From a candidate division WOR-3 bacterium (GTDB taxonomy: Bacteria > Hydrothermota > Hydrothermia > LBFQ01): a stretch of 64,000 nt of DNA. The stretch is from the NCBI GenBank assembly GCA_039802605.1, contig JBDRWW010000002.1, forward strand, positions 1 to 64,000, given 5' to 3'. Positions 29,490 through 40,536 of the stretch are shown here, piece after piece (position 1 is the stretch's first letter; every line of letters begins with the position of its first letter). Made by a program: the position numbers and the translations under genes. The notes below the pieces were generated by a model. That model was not told where the DNA came from. It searched no databases and was given only the letters and a program-made list of their open reading frames with translations.

Positions 29490-30688
29490 GGTGTTCCTTT
29501 TGCGGGAATTTTGTTGAAAAGGGGAAGTATTTCAGCGGGAACGGTGCCGTTATATGTTATCACTGCGTTGAAACCGCCTTTTATATGATAGAGGAACAAT
29601 TAATAGAGGAGAGGGAGCAGTATAACAGGATACCTTTGCCAACCCCATCGGAAATAAAAGCCTTCCTTGACAAATATGTAATCGGACAGGAGCACGCCAA
29701 AAAGGTTATATCCGTAGCCGTTTATAACCATTACAAAAGGATATCCCTAAAACACCGTTACCCCGAAATGGAGAAGGCTAATATCCTCCTTTTGGGTCCA
29801 AGCGGTTCGGGTAAAACCCTAATAGCAAAAACCCTTGCAAAACTCTTACATGTACCCTTTGCGATATACGACGCCACACCATTAACCGAGGCGGGATATG
29901 TTGGTGAGGATGTTGAAAACATACTTTTAAGGCTTATACAAAATGCAAATTACGATATAGAAAGCGCCGAAAAGGGTATAGTTTTCCTCGATGAGGTTGA
30001 TAAGTTGGCGAGGAAATCCGACAGCCCTTCCATAACAAGGGATGTATCCGGGGAAGGTGTTCAACAGGCGCTGTTGAAAATAATAGAGGGTACAATTGCA
30101 AATGTGCCACCGCAGGGTGGGAGAAAGCACCCCGAGCAGGCTTACATTAGGATTGATACCACTGATATACTCTTTATATTCGGCGGGGCATTTGAGGGTT
30201 TGGAAAAGATAATTAAGCAAAGGCTTGGCAAAAAAAGCATAGGGTTTAAGGTTGAAGAGGGTGAAAATGGGGTATTTGATGAAAACTACGAACTCCTTAA
30301 ACACACAACACCCGAAGACCTAATAAAGTTTGGCCTTATACCCGAATTTGTTGGGAGAATACCAATAATAGTACCTTTACACGCCTTAACGGAGGAACAT
30401 TTGGTTGATATACTGACAAAGCCCAAGAATGCCTTAATAAAGCAGTTTCAGGTGTTCTTTGAGGCCGAGGATGTTAAACTTGAATTCGCCCCCGAAGCCT
30501 ATAGGACAATAGCCAGAAAGGCCTTACAGAGGGGAACGGGTGCAAGGGGTTTAAGGGCGATATTGGAAGAAATTTTAATGGATGTTATGTTTGAACTCCC
30601 AAGCATAAAGGATAGGGTTGAGAGCGTGTATGTTGATGAGAATTTAAGGGTTGTGCTTATACCGAGGAAAAGGAAAAAATCCGCTTAG
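29465..30688 (+). CDS. clpX: ClpX ATPase
   Basis: CSFC..CYHC zinc-binding domain, [29 protein letters not shown] loop, GARGLR. Confidence 0.98.
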   Translation: MGKSPNRVRCSFCGNFVEKGKYFSGNGAVICYHCVETAFYMIEEQLIEEREQYNRIPLPTPSEIKAFLDKYVIGQEHAKKVISVAVYNHYKRISLKHRYPEMEKANILLLGPSGSGKTLIAKTLAKLLHVPFAIYDATPLTEAGYVGEDVENILLRLIQNANYDIESAEKGIVFLDEVDKLARKSDSPSITRDVSGEGVQQALLKIIEGTIANVPPQGGRKHPEQAYIRIDTTDILFIFGGAFEGLEKIIKQRLGKKSIGFKVEEGENGVFDENYELLKHTTPEDLIKFGLIPEFVGRIPIIVPLHALTEEHLVDILTKPKNALIKQFQVFFEAEDVKLEFAPEAYRTIARKALQRGTGARGLRAILEEILMDVMFELPSIKDRVESVYVDENLRVVLIPRKRKKSA

Positions 30689-31488
30689 GGCATACCCTCA
30701 ACCCTTACAAAATGGTTTAAAGGTCCATAACCCTTCCCTATCCCGAAGGATTGCCTTATGGCTTCCGTAATATACCTTTTTGCGACTTCTATGGATGTTA
30801 TTATGTCATAACCCCAGGCGAGCATGGATGTTATGGCAGAAGAATAAGTGCAACCCGTTCCGTGGGTGTTTCTTGTATAAACCCTATCCGCTCCGAATTC
30901 GTAAAATTCGAAGCCGTTGTATAAAATATCAATGGAATACTTACCTTCCAAATGTCCACCCTTGATTAAGACACTTTTCGGGCCGTAATCCATAATGTAT
31001 TTGGCCGCTTCCTTCATATCCCTTAAATTCCTTATGCTTCTTTTCGTAAGGGCTTCCGCCTCCGGAATATTGGGCGTTATTACGGTTGCAAGGGGTAAGA
31101 TCTTTTTTATAAGGGCCTCTTCCGCATCCGGCCTTAACAATGGATCTCCGCCTTTTGCCCTCATCACCGGATCCACGACGAGTTTTGTTATGTTGTTTTT
31201 TATAATACTTTCCGCAACCGCCGAGATTATATCCGCATTTGAAAGCATTCCCGTTTTTGCCGCATCAACCCCTATATCCTCACAAACCACATCTATTTGC
31301 TTCTGAACGGTTTCCGGTGGCAAATCATAAATTTCAAAAACACCCAAGGTATTCTGCGCGGTTATTGAGGTTATGGCGCTCATTCCAAAAACCTTAAAGG
31401 CCGTAAACGTTTTTAAATCCGCCTGAATTCCCGCACCACCCCCACTGTCCGAACCCGCTATCGTTAATGCCTTTGGTACCATTTTCAA
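30685..31488 (-). CDS. thiD: Hydroxymethylpyrimidine/phosphomethylpyrimidine kinase
   Basis: [36 protein letters not shown]. Confidence 0.96.
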   Translation of the reverse strand: MKMVPKALTIAGSDSGGGAGIQADLKTFTAFKVFGMSAITSITAQNTLGVFEIYDLPPETVQKQIDVVCEDIGVDAAKTGMLSNADIISAVAESIIKNNITKLVVDPVMRAKGGDPLLRPDAEEALIKKILPLATVITPNIPEAEALTKRSIRNLRDMKEAAKYIMDYGPKSVLIKGGHLEGKYSIDILYNGFEFYEFGADRVYTRNTHGTGCTYSSAITSMLAWGYDIITSIEVAKRYITEAIRQSFGIGKGYGPLNHFVRVEGMP

Positions 31489-32063
31489 GCCCTGTTTATC
31501 TTTATACTATCTATACCTTCCGCGATAACGTGGAGTATGAACCTGTGTATTTCCTGTACCCTTTGGGTGGAATTGGATGGGACCTTTATTAAAACATCTA
31601 TGGCGTCAATGTTATTAACCGTTGGGTTTTCGGCACCGGTAAGGTAAACGGTCTTAACGCCTATTTTGTGGGCAAACTCAACGGCATTGTTAACGCTTTT
31701 TGATTTTCCGGATGTTGAAATGGCAACCAGGACATCCCCGGGATTTGCCAAAGCCTCTATCTGCCTGAGGAAGACGTTTTCATAACCGTAATCGTTGGAT
31801 AACGCGGTTAATAATATGCTGTCGGATGTTAAGGAGATCGCCGGAAGACCCAACCTATCGCTCTTAAACCTTCCAACTATTTCGGCAGCAAAGTGCTGGG
31901 CATCCGACGCGCTACCGCCATTCCCACAGGTTAAAATCTTTCCACCCTTACTCAAACCCTCAAGCATTATGTTTATGGCCCTGTATATCAAAGGTTCCAA
32001 GGGTTTTATTGACTTTACCACATATTCCAACTCCTTATAAGCCTCCTCCCATATGTTTTTCAT
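31485..32063 (-). CDS. gmhA: Phosphoheptose isomerase (SIS domain)
   Basis: GNGGSASDAQH, NDYGY, ISTSGKS, QEIH. Confidence 0.94.
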   Translation of the reverse strand: MKNIWEEAYKELEYVVKSIKPLEPLIYRAINIMLEGLSKGGKILTCGNGGSASDAQHFAAEIVGRFKSDRLGLPAISLTSDSILLTALSNDYGYENVFLRQIEALANPGDVLVAISTSGKSKSVNNAVEFAHKIGVKTVYLTGAENPTVNNIDAIDVLIKVPSNSTQRVQEIHRFILHVIAEGIDSIKINRA

Positions 32064-32076
32064 AAAGGTGTGTATT

Positions 32077-32710
32077 TTATCGTAGAATGACTTTTAGGGT
32101 TGATAAAACATCCCCCTCAACACCGCTTGTGGTTATTACAAATTCCCACTTTTCACCGCTGATATACTTTCCCCTTCTGGGGTCATAAATATGGGGTTTA
32201 TTATCCCTTAAAGAGGAAGAGGATGAAACGAAAACATCCTTAAATGTTAGCATTTCCCCATTTGGAAGGCGGATTTTCCATACACCCTTCCCGTATATGC
32301 TACTTCCCCCAAAGTTTATAAGGAAACTATCGAGTTTAAGCCCTTTTGATACCGATACGAAAACATCCAAGGCAAAACCCTTTGCTATACCCCCCGGGTC
32401 AAAGGAACATCCCTTCGGGAAATACCAAATCCCCTTTTCCAACCTTTTGGGAAAACCCCTACCCTTATAAAAGGGATTAAAAATCCCTTCGGTTTTTTTG
32501 TAATAATAAATTGATAAAACCAGAAGGCTATCCGTTAAACTATCGACATAAAACCCACCCCTCCCAAAACCCCCTCCAAAGTTTATCCATCTCATTTGCC
32601 AATGAAAAAACCGTATCCGCAAAGGCTTCCGCATCTTCACCGTAAACCTCAATTTCAAGTATTGTACCCATAACAAACTGCGCCCTCAAAAGGCAAATAA
32701 GGATACTCAT
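32077..32710 (-). pseudogene. apbE: ApbE-family FAD:protein FMN transferase, frameshifted near 32545-32575
   Basis: Manual translation from ATG 32710 gives MSILICLLRAQFVMGTILEIEV...WRGFWEGWVLCR* (ApbE MGT motif). The rest (TEGIFNP, DPGGIAKGFALD, INFGG, SSSS, HIYDPRRG, DVLST) is in another frame. Confidence 0.78.
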
Positions 32711-33177
32711 AAAAACATATCAATTAAAACTTTTGCCCCCATTATCAGGATACCCGGCAAAAACAACAGGGTGCTTAAAGGTTTGATATACACAATCCAG
32801 AAAGGAAAGAATTTTATAAGCCAAGGGGAGAGTATGAAACCCAAGAGACCTATAAATGTAAGGTTTATTATGGCGGATTTTAACTTTTGGCTTGTGTTTG
32901 AATACGAGAAAAATACCGAGAACACGAAGGCTATTAAAGGTGATATAAAGGAATGGAAATGGGAAACCTCCGCCAATTCAAGTACCGATTTTCCGAACTT
33001 CATTTCCGAAGGATTTCCCTTATAGTAATCCATCAACCTGTGTAAAAACCCGCTTAACGGGGAATGGGAAACCGTTTGATCAACGATAATGAAGGCAAAG
33101 AGGAAGCCAAGAATTGTAAAAGCGTAAAGCCATAAAAACGAAACCTTTATGCCAGATGGTAAATCCTTTAACTTCAT
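32707..33177 (-). CDS. Hypothetical 4-TM membrane protein with His-containing motif
   Basis: Hydrophobic helices, YYKGN and LAEVSHFHSF motifs; translationally coupled in the FMN-binding/apbE operon. Confidence 0.7.
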   Translation of the reverse strand: MKLKDLPSGIKVSFLWLYAFTILGFLFAFIIVDQTVSHSPLSGFLHRLMDYYKGNPSEMKFGKSVLELAEVSHFHSFISPLIAFVFSVFFSYSNTSQKLKSAIINLTFIGLLGFILSPWLIKFFPFWIVYIKPLSTLLFLPGILIMGAKVLIDMFL

Positions 33178-33662
33178 TTCCCGAATACCATATCGTAAAG
33201 GAACAATATCCTCTTTACACCCGCGGTAATTGACTTTACGGATATTGTGGCTCCTGGGATGTTTCTTATAACTTTTCCGTGGGCTAAGTCGTCTTCCTTA
33301 CCCTTGCCCTCAAACTGTTTTAAAAAGGTTTTTTCCTTTATCTCCCACCCGTACTTTTCCCTGTATATCAGAATTTCCACGGCTTTTACCTTACCCTTAT
33401 CATCCAAAACCACCATATATGTTATGGGCATATGCTTTCCCTTTATATCGTCTATAACAAGGGTTGTATATAACTCTCCGCCTTTATATCCCCTGTAAAA
33501 ACGCAAAACTTTACGGGAAAAAGGGGGATGACCCCACCTCCTCAAACTGTCGTTTATCCCCTTATCAACCCTTACATCCACGGTATCAACCCTTTCGCAA
33601 CATTTCAGGTATTTCTCCATTAGGTGTAGGGAATCTATGTAAAACTGGGAGATCGGCATCAT
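33174..33662 (-). CDS. FMN-binding domain protein (flavinylation substrate)
   Basis: GKHMPITYMV, YREKYGWEI...FLKQFEGK and the IPGATIS flavinylation motif. Confidence 0.88.
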   Translation of the reverse strand: MMPISQFYIDSLHLMEKYLKCCERVDTVDVRVDKGINDSLRRWGHPPFSRKVLRFYRGYKGGELYTTLVIDDIKGKHMPITYMVVLDDKGKVKAVEILIYREKYGWEIKEKTFLKQFEGKGKEDDLAHGKVIRNIPGATISVKSITAGVKRILFLYDMVFGK

Positions 33663-34418
33663 AACAGTATGCCCATTATAAGGCGGAAGTTAAAACTCTC
33701 GTGTTCATCAAGTACCCTTGTTATCTGCGGATAAAGACCTGCCGTTATCCAGAACTTGGTATGGGAGTAGTGTATTACCGGACCTATGAATAGGGCAAAG
33801 TGCTCCGCGTTTCCGGAAGGGAAAACCTTATCCGGCCACTCGCTATGAGACCAACCCTCAAAGCCTACTGAAAAACTTCTATCACCTATGGGGAATTTAT
33901 ACACCAATCCACCGGTTATTGAAAACTCGGCTTCCCTTTCAATTTCATCGTACCCCTCGCGCTCAAACTCCGTTTCACCGATAATATTAGAAGCCAACTG
34001 AAAGTTCCCTATATTCTTGGAGAGTAAGAGCTTGACTTCTCCCTTTACCTCGTGGCCGTAATAGTATAACTCTCCATAAAACCCAAATGGGGGTAACCTG
34101 TAAATCCAGGCCCAAGCCAATCCTTTAAAGGATGTTTTATTAACATTTTGACCGTCTGGATAGGCGATAAACTCCTTTCCAAAATCGAGGTATATATCCG
34201 TACTCAGGTTTGGCGTGAAGGCATGTTCCAATTCAAGCCTTAGGTCCTGCGCGGAATAAAACTGACCTTCCCTACCTTGTTTTATCGTTAACCAGGTTTC
34301 AAACTCCGTGAAACCGCTCGGCAGGAGATCCGTATCGTATGTGTATAGGAATAACCTCTCATGCCCCCAAAGGCCAAAGGAGTGCCGGTAAAACGCTTAA
34401 ATAAATTATTCTTTTCAT
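33659..34418 (-). pseudogene. Outer-membrane beta-barrel protein (DUF6662-like), frameshifted by a 7-bp tandem duplication in the signal peptide
   Basis: ATG 34418 gives MKRIIYLSVLPALLWPLGA*. Removing one copy of ccaaagg (34367-34380) restores MKRIIYLSVLPALLWGHERLFLYTYDTDLLPSGFTEFETW...LELEHAFTPNL, continuous with ORF 33659-34231. Confidence 0.8.
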
Positions 34419-34440
34419 AGGTTGGGTATTTTTTGGTTGT

Positions 34441-34465
34441 AATCCTGACTAAAAAGGTCAAGATT
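34441..34465. promoter_or_regulatory. Imperfect palindrome, candidate Rrf2/IscR-type operator
   Basis: AATCCTGACTAAAAAGGTCAAGATT (TGAC-N7-GTCA with paired flanks), 22 nt upstream of the operon start and overlapping a TTGACC on the minus strand. Confidence 0.45.
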
Positions 34466-34616
34466 TACGAGTAAGTTGCAATTGCATATGGTGGCACATA
34501 ATTTATGCCAACAACCCATATAATTGAGGAATTGAAACATCGCCGGGATCCGGCGTATTAAGAGAAGCCGTGGCTTAGGCCGCACGCATCGGCAAATATA
34601 ACTAAAAAAACCTCTG

Positions 34617-35996
34617 CTATTTTACAATTACTTTTTTAGCCTTGTTCTCATTAACTATGAAATAAACCCCCGAAGACCGCGCACCGCTTCTTCTCCTACC
34701 CAACACATCGTATATCGCTCCATCCTTATAAACCTTGCCATATCGTTTGCTTTTAATTCCCAATTTTCTTATTGGCATAACGGCTACATATATATCAAGA
34801 TGAGAAGAAGTATCTCGCAAATCACCCCAAGCAACATAAATTGCTGTATCCCCCAAGGCACAACTCAAAAAGTCGTTGCCCGACGAGGTTAGAATGGTAT
34901 CGTATTCAGAGGGTTGCCCGGAAACAACGAAATTTCTTCCAAAGGTATTGCCGCCGTCAAACGAAATCGTTCCGTATATTTCAAAAGGTACCGCTCTACC
35001 CATACCTCCATTTCTCCTATCCCTCCAAAAGAAAGCCACCACACTATCTTTAGCACACCCCCAAAGCATATCCTGATAAACACCGTTTACAGGAGTATCA
35101 TCGTTTAATCTGAAAGGGGTAGTCCATGTGTCACCTCCATCACCGCTAACTTGGGCAACGGCATCCGGATCTCCAAATGTTCCATCTATGCGGGTGGCTA
35201 TTATTTTGCCATTTGCGGGTATTACGATTAGAGGAGAACCAATTTTTAACAGGGTATCCGCCACTATAGACCGTGGCAAAAGGGCGGATATTTCTTTATA
35301 CCTGAATGTAAAACCTCCATCGGTACTTATCGCAAGCATATGGCGGGGAAGGGGATAATGGGATGGGTTATAGGAAAAATATCCTATATATATTATGCTG
35401 TCTCCCCAGAGGGCTATTTGACCCATACTACGGACCTGAGAGGGGAAGTTAGTGGAATCTCCTATGGGAATAAGGGGAGACCAAGTAAGACCCCCATCGT
35501 GAGAGTATTTAAGGTACAAATAATATGGAGGGGTAGCCCCCGCGATTTTAGCCTCCATAGTGGTGATATAAAGGTTATTCCCGGAAACCGTTAACCAAGG
35601 CCTGTCTATAGGAAAATCCGGCGCTTCATCGTACCGTATTATTACCCGGGGAGAATACCATGTTGAACCACCATCGGTTGAAACTGTAAGTACTACAAAC
35701 CCAGAATCCAGACTATAATCTACATATACCAAGTATAAAGTTCCGTCTTCGGAAAAAGCCATGGTGGGATCCGCGGATCTAAATCCGCCTACCACATGGG
35801 GCATAATACGAACACTTGACCAAGTAATTCCACCATCATAAGAAGACCGCACCGCTATGAACGATGTTCCAAACATCCCCTTTATCCACGCCACAACTAC
35901 ATTGTTTGGATTCGTAGGATTTACGGCCACTACCGGTTCCCCATCAAAGGCAGGGGAGTTGGATAGATTTACTTCATAAAATGTAAGGAGCAACAT
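34617..35996 (-). CDS. BNR/Asp-box (sialidase-like) beta-propeller with T9SS-like CTD
   Basis: Repeated S-x-D-G-G-x-T-W/F boxes (SYDGGITW, STDGGSTW, SHDGGLTW, STDGGFTF, SGDGGDTW, SFDGGNTF); IYDVLGRR...GVYFIV...KKVIVK. Confidence 0.88.
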   Translation of the reverse strand: MLLLTFYEVNLSNSPAFDGEPVVAVNPTNPNNVVVAWIKGMFGTSFIAVRSSYDGGITWSSVRIMPHVVGGFRSADPTMAFSEDGTLYLVYVDYSLDSGFVVLTVSTDGGSTWYSPRVIIRYDEAPDFPIDRPWLTVSGNNLYITTMEAKIAGATPPYYLYLKYSHDGGLTWSPLIPIGDSTNFPSQVRSMGQIALWGDSIIYIGYFSYNPSHYPLPRHMLAISTDGGFTFRYKEISALLPRSIVADTLLKIGSPLIVIPANGKIIATRIDGTFGDPDAVAQVSGDGGDTWTTPFRLNDDTPVNGVYQDMLWGCAKDSVVAFFWRDRRNGGMGRAVPFEIYGTISFDGGNTFGRNFVVSGQPSEYDTILTSSGNDFLSCALGDTAIYVAWGDLRDTSSHLDIYVAVMPIRKLGIKSKRYGKVYKDGAIYDVLGRRRSGARSSGVYFIVNENKAKKVIVK

Positions 35997-36047
35997 TCAA
36001 TATTAGATCCCGAAATGTTCCACTTTCCTCCTTACAATAGCAAACTT

Positions 36048-37010
36048 ATGAACGAAATCTTGCTAACTGTAATTATAGGTGCCGTTATTATACTTTTATT
36101 ACTCGGCCTATTCTTAAACCTAAAATCCGAAATGAGACAGGAAATTACTAATTTAAATCAGAGAGTAGATAACTTTATCCTACAATTCGGACAAATATCC
36201 GAATCAATTTCGGGAAATGTCAATCAAAAGATGGATAGTTTAATTATACAACTCAATCAGATAACCGAAAGCACAAATAGGAGGGTTGATAACCTTAACA
36301 ATATTCTAACGGAACTTACGAAAAGTATCGGCCAAGAATTCAGGGGAAGATTTGGGGAAATTATGCTTGAAAGGTTGATAGAAGACCTACTTCCGAAGTC
36401 TTATTACGAATTTCAATTTCAATTGGGAAACGGTGTAAAGGTTGATGCGGTTATAAAGTTTCCAAATCCGAATAAAGTTTTACCCATAGACTCAAAATTC
36501 CCTCTTAGTAATTATGAGAAAATGCTGTCATCGGAAAACGATAAGGACAGGAAAAAATATAGGGATGAATTTGTACGCGATGTGAAAAAACGGTGTGAAG
36601 AGATCTCCGACAGGTATATACAACCACACAACGGAACTTTTGATTTCGCCTTTATGTTTATACCATCCGAAAGCATTTATTATGAAATCATTTCCGGGGA
36701 TGATGGTGAGGAAACCCTTAGGTATATGCTGGACAGGAAGGTTATACCAACTTCACCTACAACGCTATACTTTCACCTTTTAATGTTTATGAATCATTTC
36801 AGGATTTGGGAAATACAAAGGAATGTAGGGAAAATAATAGATATGTTATCGGGCTTGGAGAATGAGTTCAAAAACCTACAAAGCGAATTTGAAACCCTCG
36901 GGGGACACCTTAATCGCGCACAATCAAAGTATGCGCAACTAAACGACAAATTTCAACGCTTCAACCTATTAATTGAAAACCTCACAAGAAACGAATTACT
37001 CAACCCTTAG
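36048..37010 (+). CDS. rmuC: DNA recombination protein RmuC
   Basis: N-terminal TM, RGRFGEIML, VDAVI, PIDSKFPL, TFDFAFMFIPSE. Start set at ATG 36048 after TACAAT. Confidence 0.92.
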   Translation: MNEILLTVIIGAVIILLLLGLFLNLKSEMRQEITNLNQRVDNFILQFGQISESISGNVNQKMDSLIIQLNQITESTNRRVDNLNNILTELTKSIGQEFRGRFGEIMLERLIEDLLPKSYYEFQFQLGNGVKVDAVIKFPNPNKVLPIDSKFPLSNYEKMLSSENDKDRKKYRDEFVRDVKKRCEEISDRYIQPHNGTFDFAFMFIPSESIYYEIISGDDGEETLRYMLDRKVIPTSPTTLYFHLLMFMNHFRIWEIQRNVGKIIDMLSGLENEFKNLQSEFETLGGHLNRAQSKYAQLNDKFQRFNLLIENLTRNELLNP

Positions 37011-38018
37011 AACGACCTTTCCAAAAGGTGAAAAACTTTCAAGTATTCTATGTCCTTCCTTTGCATCCTTTAAATCCAAAACCGTATGGACAACGGGCTT
37101 TAATTTTCCCTCATTTACAAACCTTATAACTTTGAAAAGCACACCCTTGCTACCCATAGTTGAGCCTATTAAGGACACCTGCCTGTAAAATATATGCCTT
37201 AAATCAATGTTTGCGCTGTATCCAGAAGTTGCCCCGTATATCACCACCTTGCCGCCCCACTTGGTTATGTTTATTAGTTTTTGTATGTTTTCTTTACCCG
37301 AATGGTCAATCACCAAATCAACCCTTCCGAACTTTTCAATAACAACTTTTTCAAAATCCTCCTTTTTCCTGTTTATAACAAAATCCGCACCGAGTTTATA
37401 AGCCTTTTCAACCTTTTCATCGGAACCCACCGTAGTTATTACATAAGCGTTATAGAGTTTTGCTATTTGAACGGCGGCGCTACCAACCCCACCACCGGCC
37501 GATGTTATAAAAACCAAATCACCGGGTTTAACTTCCCCCTTTTCAACAACCGCTTGCCAAGCGGTTAAAAACACCAAGGGTATGGCGCTGGCCTCTTCAA
37601 AGGATAGTTTTTCGGGAAACGGTAGGACATTTTCCTGGGGTATCTTAACATACTGGGCATATCCGCCCCATATATGCTCCCCAAGGATTTTATAATCCTT
37701 ACATAGGTTATCCTTACCGGATAAGCACATATCACACTTTCCACAACTAACACCAGGGGAGACGAGAACCTTTTGACCCAATTTTACCCCCTCAACCCCC
37801 TCCCCCACCTTTTCCACAACCCCGGCTATATCGCTTCCCAAAATATGGGGCATTTTTAATTTTGGATATACACCCCTTCTAACCCATACATCCAAGTGGT
37901 TTAAGGATACCGCCTTAACCCTAACCAAAATTTCATTGGGTCCTATCTTGGGTTCCGGTAGTTCTCCGTATTTCAGAACATTTAAATCTCCGAACTCTTC
38001 AATATAAACCGCCTTCAT
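36996..38018 (-). CDS. Zinc-binding alcohol dehydrogenase/quinone oxidoreductase family
   Basis: SLNHLD, LGSDIAG, CGKCDMC...C structural zinc site, GGGVG, GSTMG. Confidence 0.92.
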   Translation of the reverse strand: MKAVYIEEFGDLNVLKYGELPEPKIGPNEILVRVKAVSLNHLDVWVRRGVYPKLKMPHILGSDIAGVVEKVGEGVEGVKLGQKVLVSPGVSCGKCDMCLSGKDNLCKDYKILGEHIWGGYAQYVKIPQENVLPFPEKLSFEEASAIPLVFLTAWQAVVEKGEVKPGDLVFITSAGGGVGSAAVQIAKLYNAYVITTVGSDEKVEKAYKLGADFVINRKKEDFEKVVIEKFGRVDLVIDHSGKENIQKLINITKWGGKVVIYGATSGYSANIDLRHIFYRQVSLIGSTMGSKGVLFKVIRFVNEGKLKPVVHTVLDLKDAKEGHRILESFSPFGKVVLRVE

Positions 38019-40381
38019 TCCTCACCCTCCACAATTACAACATCGGCAATCCTATCCCCATCCGAAAGGTTTATAAGCTTAACGCCCTTTGCCGTTCGCG
38101 AATAAAGGGGTATATCCTTCAACTTTATCCTATTCACTATACCCTTTTCCGTAAGGATTACGCATTCGTTGTTATCAACCTGTGGGAATTTCATAAAGGA
38201 GAATATCTTTCCCGATGTTATATAAACCCCGGTTTTTCTGCCCCTTTTCATAAGCGGAATTTCATCAACCTTTAACCTTTTGGCATAACCGTCTTCGGTG
38301 ATAACCATTATTTCATCCGTTTCTTTTACGGGTAATGCGGTTAAAGGCTCACCCTTTATTGTCAATACCCCTTTACTACCCCTTGATAACAGGGGAATCT
38401 CATCAACTTTAACCCTGTAAGCCTTCCCGTTTTTGGATGCTATGACAACCTGATCCTCGTCCAAAATCGTATATACGCTCGCAACCCCTTCCTTTGAAAT
38501 GCTCGTCCCCATCCTACCCTTTAATACATCGGAAAGTTTAACCCTCTTTATTTTACCCGCCTTTGACAGAATAACCAACTGGTATTTTTCGGGGTTTTCG
38601 GGTATTGGGAATGTCCATACAACCCTTTCATCCCTTTCAAGGTTCTTAAAGAAATTCCTCAAAGATTTACCCTTTGCGTTAAAAGAGGTTTCCGGAATTT
38701 CATAAGCCTTTAACCAATAAACCGAACCCCTATCGGTTATAATGGCAACGGTATCATGTGTAGAACAGTAGGTTATGGCGGATGGTATATCGTCCTCGTA
38801 AAACTTTATTGCGGTTTTTCCGCTTGTCCTCCTGTTTAAGAGTTTAAAAGACCTTAAAGGCAACCTCTTCGCATACCCACCCCTTGTAAAGATTAAAACC
38901 ACATCTTCCTCTTTTATAAGCGATTCAATATCAACATCCTCTACCTCTTGGCGGAGTATAACCGTTCTCCTCTTATCTCCGTATTTTTTCTTTATCTCCT
39001 CAAATTCCCCGATCATCACATCTTTTAGCACCTCCTCGTTTTCGAGTATTGACCTGTAATACTTTATATCCTTTTCAAGTTTTTCCCTTTCATCCAATAG
39101 GTTTTTGAGTTGCAGTTTTGTTAGCGATGATAAGCGCATTTCAAGGATGCTGTTGGCTTGTATTTCGGTAAAGCCCAAGGATATTAATCCGTTTCTCGCT
39201 TCCTCCGTGGTTTCGGATTCCCTTATGGTTTTTATTACCGTATCCATTATGTCCATAGCCTTTATGAGGCCTTCAACGATTTCAAGCCTGTGTAAAGCCT
39301 TCCTCAAACGGTAATTTGTCCTCCTTATAACGACATTTTTCCGGTGTTCAAGGTATATACTCAAAGCATCCTTTAAGTTTAGGAGTTTTGGCTGGACGCC
39401 CACGAGGGCGAGCATGTTAATTGAATATGTCTTTTGTATGTTTGAGTATTTCAAAAGTTGGTTTTCAACAACGGAAGGGTCTGCCCCCTTCTTCAAAACT
39501 ATTACAACCCTTAGACCTTCTTTATCGCTTTCATCCCTCAAATCCGCTATTCCCTCAACTTTACCCGCCCTTACCAATTCGGCTATTTGCTTTATTAAAT
39601 CCGCCTTTTTAACCTCATAAGGGATTTCCGTTATGACTATCTTGTTATTATCAACCTTGTATTTTGCCCTTATTGTTATTTTCCCCTGACCGGTTTTATA
39701 GGCCTCAACGAGTCCGGAATATCCGAGGATATAACCACCCGTTGGGAAATCGGGGCCCTTAACGATCTTTATAAGTTCATCAATTGTTATATCCGGGTTT
39801 TTTACCATTGCAATGCAGGCGTCCATAAGTTCGGTTAGGTTGTGGGGTGGGATGTTTGTGGCCATACCAACCGCTATACCGGACGAGCCATTTGCCAAAA
39901 GGTTTGGGAATTTTGATGCCAATATTACGGGTTCTTTGTATTGCCCGTCAAAGTTTGGAACAAAATCAACGGTATCCTCGTCTATTTCTCCAATAACTTC
40001 AAGGGCTATATCGTTAAGCCTCGCCTCCGTATAACGGTATGCGGATGGCGGGTCGCCGTCTATGGAGCCGAAGTTTCCCTGCCCCTGAATTAGGGGGTAT
40101 CTCATGCTGAAATCTTGCGCCAACCTAACCAAAGCTTCATAAACCGCCTGGTCTCCGTGGGGGTGATATTTTCCGATAACCTCACCTACGACGGTTGCGG
40201 ATTTTCTAAAAGGACGATTTGGTAAAAGGTTTAATTCACGCATTGCGTAAAGGATACGCCTCTGGACGGGCTTTAAACCATCCCTCGCATCGGGTATAGC
40301 CCTACCAACTATTACGCTAACCGCATAATCCAAATAACTACTTTTAAGTTCCTCTTCAAGCTCCGCTTCCAATAACTTCAT
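38015..40381 (-). CDS. gyrA: Type IIA topoisomerase subunit A (GyrA/ParC family)
   Basis: [23 protein letters not shown] catalytic Tyr, GPDFPTGG, six-blade C-terminal pinwheel. Confidence 0.9.
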   Translation of the reverse strand: MKLLEAELEEELKSSYLDYAVSVIVGRAIPDARDGLKPVQRRILYAMRELNLLPNRPFRKSATVVGEVIGKYHPHGDQAVYEALVRLAQDFSMRYPLIQGQGNFGSIDGDPPSAYRYTEARLNDIALEVIGEIDEDTVDFVPNFDGQYKEPVILASKFPNLLANGSSGIAVGMATNIPPHNLTELMDACIAMVKNPDITIDELIKIVKGPDFPTGGYILGYSGLVEAYKTGQGKITIRAKYKVDNNKIVITEIPYEVKKADLIKQIAELVRAGKVEGIADLRDESDKEGLRVVIVLKKGADPSVVENQLLKYSNIQKTYSINMLALVGVQPKLLNLKDALSIYLEHRKNVVIRRTNYRLRKALHRLEIVEGLIKAMDIMDTVIKTIRESETTEEARNGLISLGFTEIQANSILEMRLSSLTKLQLKNLLDEREKLEKDIKYYRSILENEEVLKDVMIGEFEEIKKKYGDKRRTVILRQEVEDVDIESLIKEEDVVLIFTRGGYAKRLPLRSFKLLNRRTSGKTAIKFYEDDIPSAITYCSTHDTVAIITDRGSVYWLKAYEIPETSFNAKGKSLRNFFKNLERDERVVWTFPIPENPEKYQLVILSKAGKIKRVKLSDVLKGRMGTSISKEGVASVYTILDEDQVVIASKNGKAYRVKVDEIPLLSRGSKGVLTIKGEPLTALPVKETDEIMVITEDGYAKRLKVDEIPLMKRGRKTGVYITSGKIFSFMKFPQVDNNECVILTEKGIVNRIKLKDIPLYSRTAKGVKLINLSDGDRIADVVIVEGEE

Positions 40382-40536
40382 ACGGGAGTGGGAATTTTAA
40401 GGGTGGAGGGTTGCTTATAGTCAAGGGTTTAAACGCTTTTTGTGGAAGGTTTGCGGGAATTTTTGCCCTATCCGTTGTTCCATATAAAAATCGGCAGTCG
40501 TTAAAATCGTCGATGCTTCAACTTTAAAATTTACGG

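Noticed and set aside
34359..34361. TGA after codon 19 of the OM-barrel gene as selenocysteine or read-through
   Set aside because: The downstream coding sequence is in a different frame; the 7-bp duplication explains the break.
34492..34510. tggcacataatttatgcca as a sigma-54 promoter or operator
   Set aside because: No GC at the -12 position on either strand, the palindrome is bulged, and nothing else supports it.
40383..40393. cgggagtggga resembles the tRNA-Leu 3' end (cgggagcggga), a possible att remnant bounding the RM/PIN island
   Set aside because: Only 10 of 11 nt match, it coincides with the gyrA leader, and no integrase is present; chance similarity cannot be excluded.
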